From the NCBI GenBank assembly GCA_964441505.1, contig CAYTUV010000002.1:9546-73545 (forward strand): a stretch of DNA of 64,000 nucleotides, in the 5' to 3' direction. A program made the translations under genes and the position numbers. Source of the DNA: an uncultured Melioribacter sp. Lineage in GTDB: Bacteria; Bacteroidota; Ignavibacteria; Ignavibacteriales; Melioribacteraceae. This document shows, in pieces, positions 8,973-19,563 of the stretch. Position 1 is the first letter of the stretch, and each line of letters starts with the position of its first letter. The notes beneath the pieces were generated by a model. That model saw nothing but the letters and a program-made list of their open reading frames with translations. It did no database searches and had not been told where the DNA came from.

Positions 8973-10952
8973 TTAGTCCTCTTTCTTCGCGTGCATTGAA
9001 TCCCAGATTGTGTATAGGCAAAGAAGAGCAAACATTACAAATGAGAGTACTTCGGCAGAATTTGATTCAAACCATTCAGTCATAACCCAGTTTGCACCAG
9101 TTGATCTAATGATAACACTGACAACGCCCATCAAAGCACCACCGGCAATAAATCCGGATGCTATTAATGTTCCTCTTTCGCGACGTGCATTGTTTAATCC
9201 CTCATCTTTGCTTCTTGTTGAAACATAATGAGCTATTAATCCACCAACCATTAGAGGTGTATTAATTTCCTGCGGCAAGTACATTCCCAGAGCAAAAGCT
9301 AATACCGGAACTTTCACCATCACTAAAAGCAGTGCTATAACTGCACCGGCAATATATAACATCCATGGTGCCGGCTGATTTGAAAGAAGCGGCTGAATAA
9401 TTGCAGCCATTGCGTTAGCCTGAGGTGCCGCAAGTCCACCGCCGGCAAATCCATAAATTTTATCGAGAAGAGCGATAATCCATACGACCGTTGCTGCAGA
9501 GATGATCGCGCCTACAAATTTCCATTTCTCTTGTTTGTAAGGTGATGAACCTAACCAGTAACCAATTTTCAAATCTGTTACGAATGAACCCGCAACCGAT
9601 AGCGCTGTACAAACCACTCCGCCAATAATTAATGCGGAAACCATTCCCGTTGGTCCGGAGAGTCCTACAGAAACCAACACAATTGATGAAAGCACTAAAG
9701 TCATCAAGGTCATACCGGAGACCGGATTGTTGCCTGTAATTGCAATTGCATTAGCAGCTACAGTCGTGAATAAGAACGACATGATCATTACAATTGCTAA
9801 TCCGACTAAAGCATGTACTAAGTTGAATACAACACCAAACATGAAGAACAGAAATATTACGACTGCTGTAAGAATGATACCAACAACAATTATTTTCATC
9901 GAGAGATCACGCTGAGTACGTAAAGTGTTGCCTCCCAAATTCATACCGCCGAATATTTCTTTTATAGCAAGAGAGAATGCAGAACGAATTACACCCGATG
10001 AACGCACAATTCCAATAAATCCTGCCATTGCAATTGCGCCAATACCAATATGGCGAACATAATTTCTAAATATCAATTCGGCAGACATATCTTTAATAAG
10101 AAGCTTTACACCGGAGCCAATAGTTACGGTTAGATCCGCGCCGAAGTAAGCTATGAGCGGAACAAAAACGAAATATGATAAAAAGGATCCGGCTACAATA
10201 ATCGTGGAATATTTTAGACCGATCACATATCCTAATCCAACTACTGCCGCACTTGTATTCAATCTGAAAACCAGTTTGAATTTGTCGGCAAGTACTTCTC
10301 CAACACCTATTACACGGGAAGTAAAAATTTCAGACCAGGTACCGAATGTGGCCACCAGAAAATCATAGATACCGCCGATGAGTCCGCTGACGACAAGAAT
10401 CAATGCCTGCTTACCGCCCTTTTCTCCGGCAACTAAAATCTCGGTCGTTGCGGTTCCTTCAGGGAAAGGAAGTTTACCATGCATCTCGGAGACAAAATAT
10501 TTTCTGAACGGAACTAGAAAAAGAATTCCTAAAAATCCGCCGAGCATTGAAGCAAAAAACATCTGGAAGAAAGTTGCCTGAAGACCAAGAATGTAAATCC
10601 CCGGCAAAGTAAAAATTGCACCGGCAACAACAGCACCTGATGAAGAACCTATAGACTGGATAATAACATTCTGCCCCATTCCGCCTTTCTTGCCCAGGAC
10701 AGTTGTTAAACCGACAGCAAGAATCGCTATTGGAATAGCTGCTTCAAATACTTGACCGACTTTTAATCCTAAGTAAGCTGCAGCGGCTGAAAAAACAACA
10801 GCCATTACAAGTCCGGTGATTACCGAATATGGAGTGACTTCCGGAAAATTAATATGCGGCGACATAATAGGGACATATTCTTCACCGGGTTTTAATTCCG
10901 TGTACGCATTCGATGGCAATCCACTTGTTGTTGGGGTTTCGTTTGAAGACAT
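8973..10952 (-). CDS. OPT-family oligopeptide transporter
   Basis: 659 aa, about 16 predicted TM segments, Gly/Ala-rich helices typical of the OPT superfamily. Adjacent to pepF. Confidence 0.75.
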   Translation of the reverse strand: MSSNETPTTSGLPSNAYTELKPGEEYVPIMSPHINFPEVTPYSVITGLVMAVVFSAAAAYLGLKVGQVFEAAIPIAILAVGLTTVLGKKGGMGQNVIIQSIGSSSGAVVAGAIFTLPGIYILGLQATFFQMFFASMLGGFLGILFLVPFRKYFVSEMHGKLPFPEGTATTEILVAGEKGGKQALILVVSGLIGGIYDFLVATFGTWSEIFTSRVIGVGEVLADKFKLVFRLNTSAAVVGLGYVIGLKYSTIIVAGSFLSYFVFVPLIAYFGADLTVTIGSGVKLLIKDMSAELIFRNYVRHIGIGAIAMAGFIGIVRSSGVIRSAFSLAIKEIFGGMNLGGNTLRTQRDLSMKIIVVGIILTAVVIFLFFMFGVVFNLVHALVGLAIVMIMSFLFTTVAANAIAITGNNPVSGMTLMTLVLSSIVLVSVGLSGPTGMVSALIIGGVVCTALSVAGSFVTDLKIGYWLGSSPYKQEKWKFVGAIISAATVVWIIALLDKIYGFAGGGLAAPQANAMAAIIQPLLSNQPAPWMLYIAGAVIALLLVMVKVPVLAFALGMYLPQEINTPLMVGGLIAHYVSTRSKDEGLNNARRERGTLIASGFIAGGALMGVVSVIIRSTGANWVMTEWFESNSAEVLSFVMFALLCLYTIWDSMHAKKED

Positions 10953-10989
10953 TTAGTTTCTCCTAAATTGAAAGAAGAGTTAATAATTT

Positions 10990-11075
10990 AATAGCACGCG
11001 GATTGAACTGATCAAATAGATTCTAACTGATTTATCTGTTGTTATCAGTTTAATCTGTTAGATCTGTGTGCCATT
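10990..11075. repeat. Imperfect palindromic intergenic element, family A copy 1
   Basis: Termini are AATAGCACGCGGAT ... ATCTGTGTGCCATT (inverted, 11/14). The interior is built from CTGAT/ATCAG-type words. Related copies lie at 29392-29473 and 56796-56879. Confidence 0.6.
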
Positions 11076-11083
11076 CATTTTTA

Positions 11084-11848
11084 TCACACGCTATGCGGTA
11101 TCAAATAAACCGCAAGCATAATTATTGCAGCTAAAAGCGCTGCAAGTTTAGCATTCCTCTTTTTCTTTATAAAATAAAAAGCTATGAGCCACGCAATAAA
11201 CGCAACCTGAGTTTTGTTATCAGTTACATCGTGTCCGAACGGCCAACCGCCCCACATCTCTCCAAATGCATATCCGTTCATTGCAAATCCCAATGGAAAT
11301 CCGCCGATGAATAGAATGATAATTGTCCATAGGGCAAGTTTATCAAGTTGCGGTTCTTTATTAAAAAATTCCAATCCAGTCCGGGTTGAAAGCATCATTG
11401 CAAAAAACATGGCAAAGATGTGAGGAATCAACACAAAGATAGGAACCGGGTCTTTAAATCGTATAGTTACTAATTTTTCTTTTGGAAGAAGAACAGTTTG
11501 GCTATTCTTTGAAAGCTGAATATAGTAATCCAGTTTTTCCAATCGTTTTTGAGCGGGCAAATTCGCAGTAAGTTTCTTAACGCCGGACATCGTAATTGCT
11601 GTATAATTCTCTCCCGAATTAAATTTTCGCCAGAACAAAATTCCACTAACTGTTTCATCTCCGATTTCTATTTCCACCGAATAATCCTTTACTGTTTCCT
11701 GGCTTCGCTCGAGTTTATATGAGATTTCTTTGCCAGCAAGGTTTACTTTGCCAGAGAGGGGATAAGTAGGGCCGGTAACGCGTTGGTAAACTGCAAATAC
11801 AAGAGTGCTGATTATAGCAATAATCCAGAATAGTGTTGTTCTTTTCAT
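11084..11848 (-). CDS. Membrane protein of unknown function (N-terminal anchor, ~130-aa extracytoplasmic domain, 4 C-terminal TM helices)
   Basis: ORF with hydrophobicity pattern only. No motif recognised. Confidence 0.45.
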   Translation of the reverse strand: MKRTTLFWIIAIISTLVFAVYQRVTGPTYPLSGKVNLAGKEISYKLERSQETVKDYSVEIEIGDETVSGILFWRKFNSGENYTAITMSGVKKLTANLPAQKRLEKLDYYIQLSKNSQTVLLPKEKLVTIRFKDPVPIFVLIPHIFAMFFAMMLSTRTGLEFFNKEPQLDKLALWTIIILFIGGFPLGFAMNGYAFGEMWGGWPFGHDVTDNKTQVAFIAWLIAFYFIKKKRNAKLAALLAAIIMLAVYLIPHSV

Positions 11849-12136
11849 GCATTACTCGTTTATTTTGTCAAAAGTTTAGGGCAAACTTAGTGAATGTAGG
11901 TTTTAGGAACAATCTAAATTTATCACACTTTCCAGTTTGCAGTTGAAAGCTTTTAGTAATACAATTAACGATCATTGAGCCAGCCATGTTAAACTTAATT
12001 AACTATTTCGAAGCATTCTGCCCGATGTCAGATCGAGACATCAACTAAGTGTCACCCCGAAATAAAGTTTCCTTCTTCTGCCGGTAAATATTGGGAGAAT
12101 GATAATAAACTTTGTTATTTTTGATAAGCAACTCAT

Positions 12137-12730
12137 ATGAGGAAGATTTTGGATAAAGAGAAATTTATAACCGAATCTCTAAAAGAAAGCAGCGAAGTTA
12201 AATTGAAGATGGAAGACGCCTGCAAAGCTGAAATTTTATTGGCAGTGCAGTCACTTGTTGATGCATACCGCGGCGGAAAGAAATTATTACTTTGCGGAAA
12301 CGGCGGCAGCGCGGCTGACTGCCAGCATATAGCGACTGAACTGATGATACGTTTGAATCATCACATACAGAGACCGGCACTCCCGGCAATTGCTCTTACT
12401 ACAGATACATCAAATCTTACCGCCGGCGGAAATGATATCGGTTATGAAAACGTTTTTGCACGGAACGTTGAAGGGCTTGGAAACGAAGGAGATGTTCTAC
12501 TTGCAATCTCGACCAGCGGAAATTCACCAAACATTATTAAAGCAGTTGATAAAGCACACGATAAAAAAATGTTTGTCATAGGATTGCTCGGCAGTAGCGG
12601 CGGCAAATTGAAAGACCTTGTTGATCTTCCGATCGTTATACCATCATCCAACACACAACGGATTCAGGAAGGACATATTACTGCCGCACATATAATTTGC
12701 GAGCTGGTTGAATCAGAATTGTATGGTTAA
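12137..12730 (+). CDS. gmhA: SIS-domain D-sedoheptulose-7-phosphate isomerase (GmhA/DiaA family)
   Basis: 'LLLCGNGGSAADCQHIATEL', 'ISTSGNSPNI', 'QEGHITAAHIICE'. Confidence 0.75.
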   Translation: MRKILDKEKFITESLKESSEVKLKMEDACKAEILLAVQSLVDAYRGGKKLLLCGNGGSAADCQHIATELMIRLNHHIQRPALPAIALTTDTSNLTAGGNDIGYENVFARNVEGLGNEGDVLLAISTSGNSPNIIKAVDKAHDKKMFVIGLLGSSGGKLKDLVDLPIVIPSSNTQRIQEGHITAAHIICELVESELYG

Positions 12731-12750
12731 ACTTTTGTAAGAAATAAAAA

Positions 12751-13344
12751 TCATTCTAGAGTATATTTAACACCAAGTGATGCGCTAGCGCCCGCATACT
12801 CCCGCATGAGAATATCGGCTTCTGCAATTAAACTAAATTGTGAATAGATTTTTACATCGACTCCAAAACCTAACAGACCTGTAAACAAAACGTTCTTTCG
12901 TTCGGGTGATTCATACATTGGCATGCGCTTTCCTTCATACCAAATCGACACTGCCTCGCCGTTTTGGAATGAGAATCCTGCACCAAGGTGAAGATAGAAT
13001 CGCCAAATGTTGAGTTTCAAATCGCCCCATATATCGAACATTGAAAAAACTGGATCATTGTTTTTCAACCATCTGGTAGAGAAGTCATCGTAACTATGTC
13101 TTGAGTAGTTTATCATACCTCTTACCGAAAATTTTTTGTCGAGTGGATATTCGATACCGGCCGTTAATTGAAATCCGGATTTCCAAGGACCTAAAGTACC
13201 GCCGCTTCCACTTACAGTAAATCCACCGGTTGAAGGATTTGCACTGCCTGTTAATAAGAATACCGATAGATTTTTTTCTTGTGCATAATTTGCGGTAACA
13301 GATGCCAGTATGAAGATGATACAGATTCTCGATGTAATTATCAT
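12751..13344 (-). CDS. Small outer-membrane beta-barrel protein
   Basis: Signal peptide 'IIFILASVTANYAQ' and alternating amphipathic strands. Confidence 0.5.
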   Translation of the reverse strand: MIITSRICIIFILASVTANYAQEKNLSVFLLTGSANPSTGGFTVSGSGGTLGPWKSGFQLTAGIEYPLDKKFSVRGMINYSRHSYDDFSTRWLKNNDPVFSMFDIWGDLKLNIWRFYLHLGAGFSFQNGEAVSIWYEGKRMPMYESPERKNVLFTGLLGFGVDVKIYSQFSLIAEADILMREYAGASASLGVKYTLE

Positions 13345-13494
13345 TACAAAGCTTTTATAGTTTGATAAAACATAATTAAATAACCAATAACAACCCTAAA
13401 AAAGAAAAAGTTTTCATATAAAACCCTCCATAATCTTTCGGGTGGAACCCTTCTTTTCGTTACATTTGCACTTCTAAAAAATTCAGGTAAACAC

Positions 13495-15669
13495 ATGAAC
13501 ATTCCTTTAGTTATTTCAAAAGAATTAAATGTACAAGAAAAGCAGGTAAACTCGGTAATAAATTTATTCGGCGAAGGAGCCACGGTTCCTTTTATTGCGC
13601 GGTATCGTAAAGAACATACTGGCGGATTGGATGAAGATTATTTACGCCAGATAGAAGACCGGCTAAATTATCTAACGATACTCGATGAGAGAAAGACAGC
13701 AGTTCTTAAGAGTATTGAAGAACAGGATAAGTTAACGGATGAACTTCGCGATAAAATTTTAGCCGCAATGAAACTCCAGGAAGTTGAGGATCTTTATTTA
13801 CCTTACAAGCCGAAACGAAAAACACGCGGCACAATCGCTAAGACAAAAGGATTGGAACCGCTGGCAATTTTCATTCTCGAAAATCCAAAGTTCAAAAGCG
13901 ATTTTGATGAAGTGCTTTCAAAATACATTAATCCTGAATTAGGCGTTAACTCAATTGAAGAAGCCCTACAGGGAGCGAAAGATATAATTGCGGAAATGAT
14001 AAGTGAAACTGCGGGAGTACGGCAGGCGGCCCGAGAATTTTTGTTTGACGACGCTTCCATTGTCTCTAAGAAAGCCGATACAAAAAAAGAAGAACTGCGT
14101 GCAAATAAGAAAGATGTTTATGAAGTTTATCATGATTTCACTTACAAGGTGAACAAACTAAAGCCATATCAGCTGCTTGCTATTAACCGTGGCGAAAAGG
14201 AATTTTTTATAAAAGTAATTCTGAGCTACGATAAACTGGGAATTCTGAATACAATCTTCAACAAATATTTTTCTTATGATGAATCTGTTTTCGATGAGAT
14301 ACTCAATGAAATAGTTGAAGATTCATTCTCGCGATTGATCTACCCCTCAATCGAAAGAGACGTACGCAATCAGTTGAGCGAAGAAGCGGATCTGCACGCA
14401 ATTGAAATCTTTGCATCTAATTTACGCCAGCTACTTTTGCAGCCGCCTATCAATAGTAAAAATATTTTAGGAATCGATCCCGGTTTTTATTCAGGTTCTA
14501 AACTTGCTGTGATTGATAAAACCGGAAAATACATTGAAGGAGTAACAATCTATCCCCATCCTCCGCAGAACAGATCAACTGAAGCAAAAAAAATTCTTCT
14601 CGAACTAATCAAGAGATACGGAGTTAATCTGATAGCAATCGGTAACGGTACCGCAAGCAGAGAGACGGAACTATTAATTGCCGATCTCATCAAAGAGAAC
14701 AAGCTCGATTGCCATTATTTGATTGTGAATGAAGCCGGCGCTTCAGTCTATTCGGCAAGCCCAGTTGCAAAAGAAGAATTTCCGGATCTCGAAGCGAGCC
14801 AACGCGGTAATATTTCTATAGCTCGTCGCGTACTCGATCCCCTTGCCGAACTTGTAAAGATTGATCCGAAATCTATTGGTGTAGGATTATATCAGCATGA
14901 TGTGGATCAGAAATTACTTTCAAAAAAATTGGATGATGTTGTTGTAAGTTGTGTGAACCATGTTGGCGTTGATGTTAACACTGCATCGGCATCATTATTA
15001 AACTACGTTTCAGGACTCAACAAAAGGATCGCAAATAATCTTATAAAGCATCGGGACAAAGTTGGAAGATTTACAAACCGTAAACAACTGATGGATGTAT
15101 CGGGAATGGGGGAAAAAGCTTTTGAACAATGTGCCGGATTTCTGAAAATTTCCAATGGAGAAAATCCACTTGATAATACTTTCATCCATCCGGAATCGTA
15201 TGAGGCTACTAGAAAGCTTTTGGAACTGTGTGATATCTCTACAACACACATTAACGAAAAAGGAAATCTCGTTGACTTATTTGTAAAGACAAAAGGTACA
15301 TCTAAAATTGCCGATGAAATCGGAATAGGTGAACCAACTCTAATAGATATTCTGGAAAACCTAAAGAAACCGGGACGAGATCCACGTGAGGAGATGCCAA
15401 AACCAATTTTAAGAAGCGATGTACTTAAGATGGAAGATCTGCAGGAAGGAATGAAACTGAAAGGAACTATCCGCAATGTTGTTGATTTCGGTGCATTTAT
15501 AGATATCGGTGTTAAGCAGGATGGTTTACTTCACATATCGCAGATCGCTAATAAATTTGTGAAAAATCCTCTGGATATTTTGAAGATAGGCGATATAGTT
15601 GATGTCGCGGTTTTGAAAATTGATATTCCCAAGCAAAGAATAGCATTGAGCATGGTAACCAAACCGTGA
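13495..15669 (+). CDS. tex: Tex-like transcription accessory protein (YqgF/HhH/S1 domains)
   Basis: 'VPFIARYRKEHTGGLDE', YqgF-like 'ILGIDPGFYSGSKLAVIDKTG', C-terminal S1 'GTIRNVVDFGAFIDIGVKQDGLLHISQ'. Confidence 0.9.
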   Translation: MNIPLVISKELNVQEKQVNSVINLFGEGATVPFIARYRKEHTGGLDEDYLRQIEDRLNYLTILDERKTAVLKSIEEQDKLTDELRDKILAAMKLQEVEDLYLPYKPKRKTRGTIAKTKGLEPLAIFILENPKFKSDFDEVLSKYINPELGVNSIEEALQGAKDIIAEMISETAGVRQAAREFLFDDASIVSKKADTKKEELRANKKDVYEVYHDFTYKVNKLKPYQLLAINRGEKEFFIKVILSYDKLGILNTIFNKYFSYDESVFDEILNEIVEDSFSRLIYPSIERDVRNQLSEEADLHAIEIFASNLRQLLLQPPINSKNILGIDPGFYSGSKLAVIDKTGKYIEGVTIYPHPPQNRSTEAKKILLELIKRYGVNLIAIGNGTASRETELLIADLIKENKLDCHYLIVNEAGASVYSASPVAKEEFPDLEASQRGNISIARRVLDPLAELVKIDPKSIGVGLYQHDVDQKLLSKKLDDVVVSCVNHVGVDVNTASASLLNYVSGLNKRIANNLIKHRDKVGRFTNRKQLMDVSGMGEKAFEQCAGFLKISNGENPLDNTFIHPESYEATRKLLELCDISTTHINEKGNLVDLFVKTKGTSKIADEIGIGEPTLIDILENLKKPGRDPREEMPKPILRSDVLKMEDLQEGMKLKGTIRNVVDFGAFIDIGVKQDGLLHISQIANKFVKNPLDILKIGDIVDVAVLKIDIPKQRIALSMVTKP

Positions 15670-15810
15670 TACAAAATTTGGGTATGAATGATCGGGAAGT
15701 GAAAGTCCGGAACCGACAAATCCGTTGCATTCGTTGAATCAAATAGAACACCAAAAACAGTAGATTTTTTTTTATCTTTGTAACGTTTACAAATAAACAG
15801 GAATTAAAAA

Positions 15811-18351
15811 ATGACAGCAAACTTTGACATGATTCAAAAAGTTTACTCCGCTTATAGAGACAAAGTAGAAAGTGCGCGCAAGGTGGTTAACAGACCTATG
15901 ACTTACGCAGAAAAAATTCTTTATGCTCATCTATGGGAACCAGCTACACGCCCATTACAGAGAGGAAAAGAATTTGCAGATTTCGGACCCGATAGAGTTG
16001 CTATGCAGGATGCAACTGCACAGATGGCTCTTCTTCAATTTATGCACGCCGGAAGAAAATCAACCGCAGTTCCGGCTACTGCTCATTGCGACCATTTGAT
16101 CGTCGCTCAATCCGGTTCTGAAGAAGATCTTAACAGAGCCATTGATGAAAATAAAGAGGTTTATGATTTTCTCGAGAGCATCTCTCGTAGATACAGAGTT
16201 GGTTTCTGGAAACCCGGTGCGGGAATTATTCATCAGGTAATTTTAGAGAACTATGCCTTTCCGGGCGGAATGATGATCGGTTCTGATTCTCATACACCGA
16301 ATGCCGGCGGACTGGGAATGATAGCCATCGGAGTTGGCGGTGCAGATGTAGTTGACGTTATGGCAGGAATGGCGTGGGAATTGAAATGGCCGAAGCTGAT
16401 TGGCATCAAACTTACCGGAAAACTTTCAGGCTGGACTTCACCCAAAGATGTGATTCTAAAAGTTGCGGGGATTCTAACAGTTAAAGGTGGGACTGGCGCA
16501 ATCGTAGAATATTTCGGCGAAGGTGCAAATTCAATTTCATGCACGGGCAAAGGGACAATCTGTAATATGGGCGCGGAGATCGGCGCAACAACTTCTCTCT
16601 TTGCTTTCGATGAAAAGATGGCAGCATATTTAGAAAAAACAGACCGTGCGGATGTTGCTGACCTGGCGAGAAAAAATGCTGACCTTCTTAAAGCGGATGA
16701 TGACGTTTATGCTAATCCTGAAAAATATTTTGATGAGTTGATAGAGATAAATCTGAATGAGCTTGAACCTCATATCAATGGACCTTTCACGCCGGACCGC
16801 GCATGGAAAGTCTCGAAAATGAAGGAAGCAGTTGTTCAAAATAATTTTCCTGAAAAAATAAGTGCGGCATTGATAGGCAGCTGCACAAACTCCAGTTATG
16901 AAGACATCGATCGTTCTGCGAACATCGCCCGTCAGGCAATTACTAAAGGGATAAAAGCAAGAACACAGTTCATCATCACTCCGGGTTCTGAGCAAGTGCG
17001 CGCTACAATTCAACGAGATGGGCAGCTTCAAACTCTCACTGAGTTTGGCGGAACTGTTATGGCTAATGCATGCGGTCCATGTATTGGTATGTGGAAAAGA
17101 ATGGATATGAAAACGGGTGAAAAAAATACAATTGTAAATTCATTCAATAGAAATTTTGCCAAGAGAAATGATAACAATCCGGAGACTTATTCTTTTGTAG
17201 CGAGTCCAGAGATTGTAACTGCTCTTGCTATTTCGGGAAGTCTGTCATTCAATCCTGAAACGGATTATCTTACTAATGAAAATGGTGAACAGGTAAAACT
17301 TGATCCGCCATACGGAGATGAATTACCACTAAGAGGTTTTGAAAAAGATACTGAAGGATTCATCGCTCCATCTGAAGATGGCTATAAGACGGAGGTTTTA
17401 ATCGATCCGGTAAGTCAGAGATTACAATTTATGGAGCCGTTCAAACCCTGGGACGGAAAAGATTTTACCGATCTTCCATTACTTCTAAAGGCTAAAGGTA
17501 AGTGCACCACCGATCATATCTCTCCGGCAGGTGCATGGTTAAGATATCGTGGGCATTTAGATAACATCTCAAAGAATATGTTCCTTGGTGCCATTAATGC
17601 GTTCAACGGAAATGCAGGCGAAGCCAAAAATCAATTTACCGGTGAATACAAACCTGTTCACGAAGTTGCGCGCGATTATAAAGCGCAAGGTATAGGATGG
17701 ATTGTTGTCGGCGATGAAAATTACGGAGAAGGATCTTCACGTGAGCATGCTGCTATGGAACCGCGCTTTCTTGGCGGTAAAGCTATCATCACAAAATCTT
17801 TCGCACGAATTCACGAAACGAATTTGAAGAAACAGGGAATGCTTCCTTTAACGTTTGCAGATCCATATGATTATGATAAAATTCGGGAAGATGATAAACT
17901 CTCAATTGCAGGCCTGGATAAATTTGCACCTGAAAAACAATTTACTATGATCATCAAACACATCGATGGTTCTGAAGAACAGATATTGCTCAATCATTCG
18001 TTTAATGCCGGACAAATCGAATGGTTTAAGGCAGGCGGAGCGCTTAATCTGATAGCTAAAAGCTTTCAGAAATCAGAAGTAAGCAGTAAGAAAAAAATAG
18101 ATGCAAAGAAAAAGACTAGCGTTAAAGGAAAAAAGAAAAGAAGGAAAGAAGGAAAGATCGTTTCTAAAAAGGTTATCAAAAAAGCAAAACCGGTAGCGAG
18201 AAAGAAACCTGTTAAAGCAACTCCGAAGAGGAAAACAGTTACAAAATCAAAGAAGGTTTCTAAAAAAACCGTAAAAATTATTAAGAAAAAAACAATGGCA
18301 AAGAAAGTTGTAAAGAAACCTGTAAAAAAAATTAATCGAAAGAAAAAATAA
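15811..18351 (+). CDS. acn: Aconitate hydratase (mitochondrial-type) with ~95-aa Lys-rich C-terminal extension
   Basis: '[11 protein letters not shown]', '[13 protein letters not shown]', '[11 protein letters not shown]', '[10 protein letters not shown]', '[14 protein letters not shown]'. The tail from ~18061 is '[25 protein letters not shown]...[12 protein letters not shown]'. Confidence 0.9.
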   Translation: MTANFDMIQKVYSAYRDKVESARKVVNRPMTYAEKILYAHLWEPATRPLQRGKEFADFGPDRVAMQDATAQMALLQFMHAGRKSTAVPATAHCDHLIVAQSGSEEDLNRAIDENKEVYDFLESISRRYRVGFWKPGAGIIHQVILENYAFPGGMMIGSDSHTPNAGGLGMIAIGVGGADVVDVMAGMAWELKWPKLIGIKLTGKLSGWTSPKDVILKVAGILTVKGGTGAIVEYFGEGANSISCTGKGTICNMGAEIGATTSLFAFDEKMAAYLEKTDRADVADLARKNADLLKADDDVYANPEKYFDELIEINLNELEPHINGPFTPDRAWKVSKMKEAVVQNNFPEKISAALIGSCTNSSYEDIDRSANIARQAITKGIKARTQFIITPGSEQVRATIQRDGQLQTLTEFGGTVMANACGPCIGMWKRMDMKTGEKNTIVNSFNRNFAKRNDNNPETYSFVASPEIVTALAISGSLSFNPETDYLTNENGEQVKLDPPYGDELPLRGFEKDTEGFIAPSEDGYKTEVLIDPVSQRLQFMEPFKPWDGKDFTDLPLLLKAKGKCTTDHISPAGAWLRYRGHLDNISKNMFLGAINAFNGNAGEAKNQFTGEYKPVHEVARDYKAQGIGWIVVGDENYGEGSSREHAAMEPRFLGGKAIITKSFARIHETNLKKQGMLPLTFADPYDYDKIREDDKLSIAGLDKFAPEKQFTMIIKHIDGSEEQILLNHSFNAGQIEWFKAGGALNLIAKSFQKSEVSSKKKIDAKKKTSVKGKKKRRKEGKIVSKKVIKKAKPVARKKPVKATPKRKTVTKSKKVSKKTVKIIKKKTMAKKVVKKPVKKINRKKK

Positions 18352-18365
18352 TAACACTTCCCAAA

Positions 18366-18391
18366 GGGTCGATTCTCATCGGCCCTTTTTT
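18366..18391 (+). terminator. Rho-independent terminator after aconitase
   Basis: GGGTCGAT-TCTC-ATCGGCCC stem (8 bp including one G.U) followed by TTTTTT. Confidence 0.7.
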
Positions 18392-18493
18392 ATAAATCAA
18401 TTGTACATACTTGTGCTGATGAAATAGTTACACTACTCAATACAGAAAATGATTTTTTGTCTTCCGTTTCACCTTTCTCCTTTCACGTCAAAC

Positions 18494-19060
18494 TCAATCC
18501 CTTCTCCACACAATCTTATCACCTTCCTTTATTCCGTATTTATCACAATATCCGGCATTAACCTCAACCACATATTGCGCAGGCTTTAATGACGGAAGAG
18601 AAGTATCATCAAACGGTTTTGCGTTTCTTATAATTGTCACAATTTCCAGTTTTGAATTCACGTAGATGATATCCAGTGGAAGAATTGTATTGTGCATCCA
18701 GAATGCCTGCGGGGCCTCATGCTCAAAAAGAAAAAGCATTCCCTGGTTTTCAGCCATTGTTCTGCGCATCATCAAACCGACCGACCTCTTAGCTTCATCG
18801 TCAGCAAGTTCAATATCTATTTTTTGAATTGCTTTATCACCGGATGTGGAGAAGATCAGTTCGCCATTCTTCTGGAAAGTATAAGTCATTTTATTACTCA
18901 TAGCATTTTCTAAATCTCTGTTCGTCGTTACATTGGATTTGAAAACATTTGATAAGACAAAAAATGCAATGAACGAAATTAGGACGACCACAACAGTAAT
19001 CTGCATCCAGAGATTTTTGCGTGATTGCTTTTTGGAAGTTTGTACTTTGATTTTAGACAT
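18494..19060 (-). CDS. DUF192-domain protein (membrane-anchored)
   Basis: 'RSVGLMMRRTMAENQGMLFLFE...AFWMHNTILPLDIIYV' matches the DUF192/COG1430 pattern. N-terminal TM anchor. Confidence 0.7.
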   Translation of the reverse strand: MSKIKVQTSKKQSRKNLWMQITVVVVLISFIAFFVLSNVFKSNVTTNRDLENAMSNKMTYTFQKNGELIFSTSGDKAIQKIDIELADDEAKRSVGLMMRRTMAENQGMLFLFEHEAPQAFWMHNTILPLDIIYVNSKLEIVTIIRNAKPFDDTSLPSLKPAQYVVEVNAGYCDKYGIKEGDKIVWRRD

Positions 19061-19064
19061 AAGT

Positions 19065-19325
19065 TTAATAATGATATTTACACGATACTATTATTATTGA
19101 TTCCTCGTCAACTTTATAAACCAATCTATTGACCTCATCAATTCTTCTCGACCAACAACCCGCTAAATTATGTTTTAGCGGTTCTGGTTTTCCGGTTCCT
19201 TCGAATGGATAATTTTGGATCTCGGATATTAACTTGAAAATCTTTTGAATTGTTTTGGGGTCATTTTTAGACCAGAACTTCAAATCTTCCAAAGCTGTGC
19301 TTGATAGAATAATTTTTCTATCCAT
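19065..19325 (-). CDS. yoeB: Type II toxin, Txe/YoeB family
   Basis: 'DLKFWSKNDPK...KIFKLISEI...PFEGTGKPEPLKHNLAGCWSRRIDEVNRLVYKV...IIIVSCKYHY'. Confidence 0.85.
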   Translation of the reverse strand: MDRKIILSSTALEDLKFWSKNDPKTIQKIFKLISEIQNYPFEGTGKPEPLKHNLAGCWSRRIDEVNRLVYKVDEESIIIVSCKYHY

Positions 19326-19563
19326 TTACCAACGCTTCTAATTCTTCAACAGAATTTATAAATATTAGATTCTTTTTAGTCTTTATCTCATCCAATGCAT
19401 TAAAAAGTCTTTTTGAATTTGATTCGGACTGTAAAAGATAAGTGGTTTCATCTGTATCTTCCATAACAGATATAACAAGTTTCTTGTTCTTAAAAAGTTT
19501 TTTAAGCGTATTAAGAAATTTTCCGTCCAACTCATCTGCATTTATTTGAAAGATTGTATTCAT
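19318..19563 (-). CDS. Cognate antitoxin (Phd/YefM-like C-terminal half, divergent N-terminus)
   Basis: Overlaps yoeB by 8 nt. 'ETTYLLQSESNSKRLFNALDEI' resembles the YefM toxin-binding segment. Confidence 0.6.
   Translation of the reverse strand: MNTIFQINADELDGKFLNTLKKLFKNKKLVISVMEDTDETTYLLQSESNSKRLFNALDEIKTKKNLIFINSVEELEALVNG

Noticed and set aside
10990-11075. Word-repeat intergenic elements as possible CRISPR arrays
   Set aside because: There are no regularly spaced identical direct repeats with unique spacers. The units are inverted, degenerate and under 90 bp in total. No cas genes are present.
13344-13583. 79-aa minus-strand ORF spanning the tex start region
   Set aside because: It overlaps the tex 5' end and promoter region and has no motifs. 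The preceding beta-barrel gene already starts at 13344.
15694-15710. GGGAAGTGAAAGTCCGG resembling the 5' core of a cobalamin riboswitch, upstream of aconitase
   Set aside because: No B12 box and none of the remaining conserved helices are present. The spacer is too short and the downstream gene has no link to B12.
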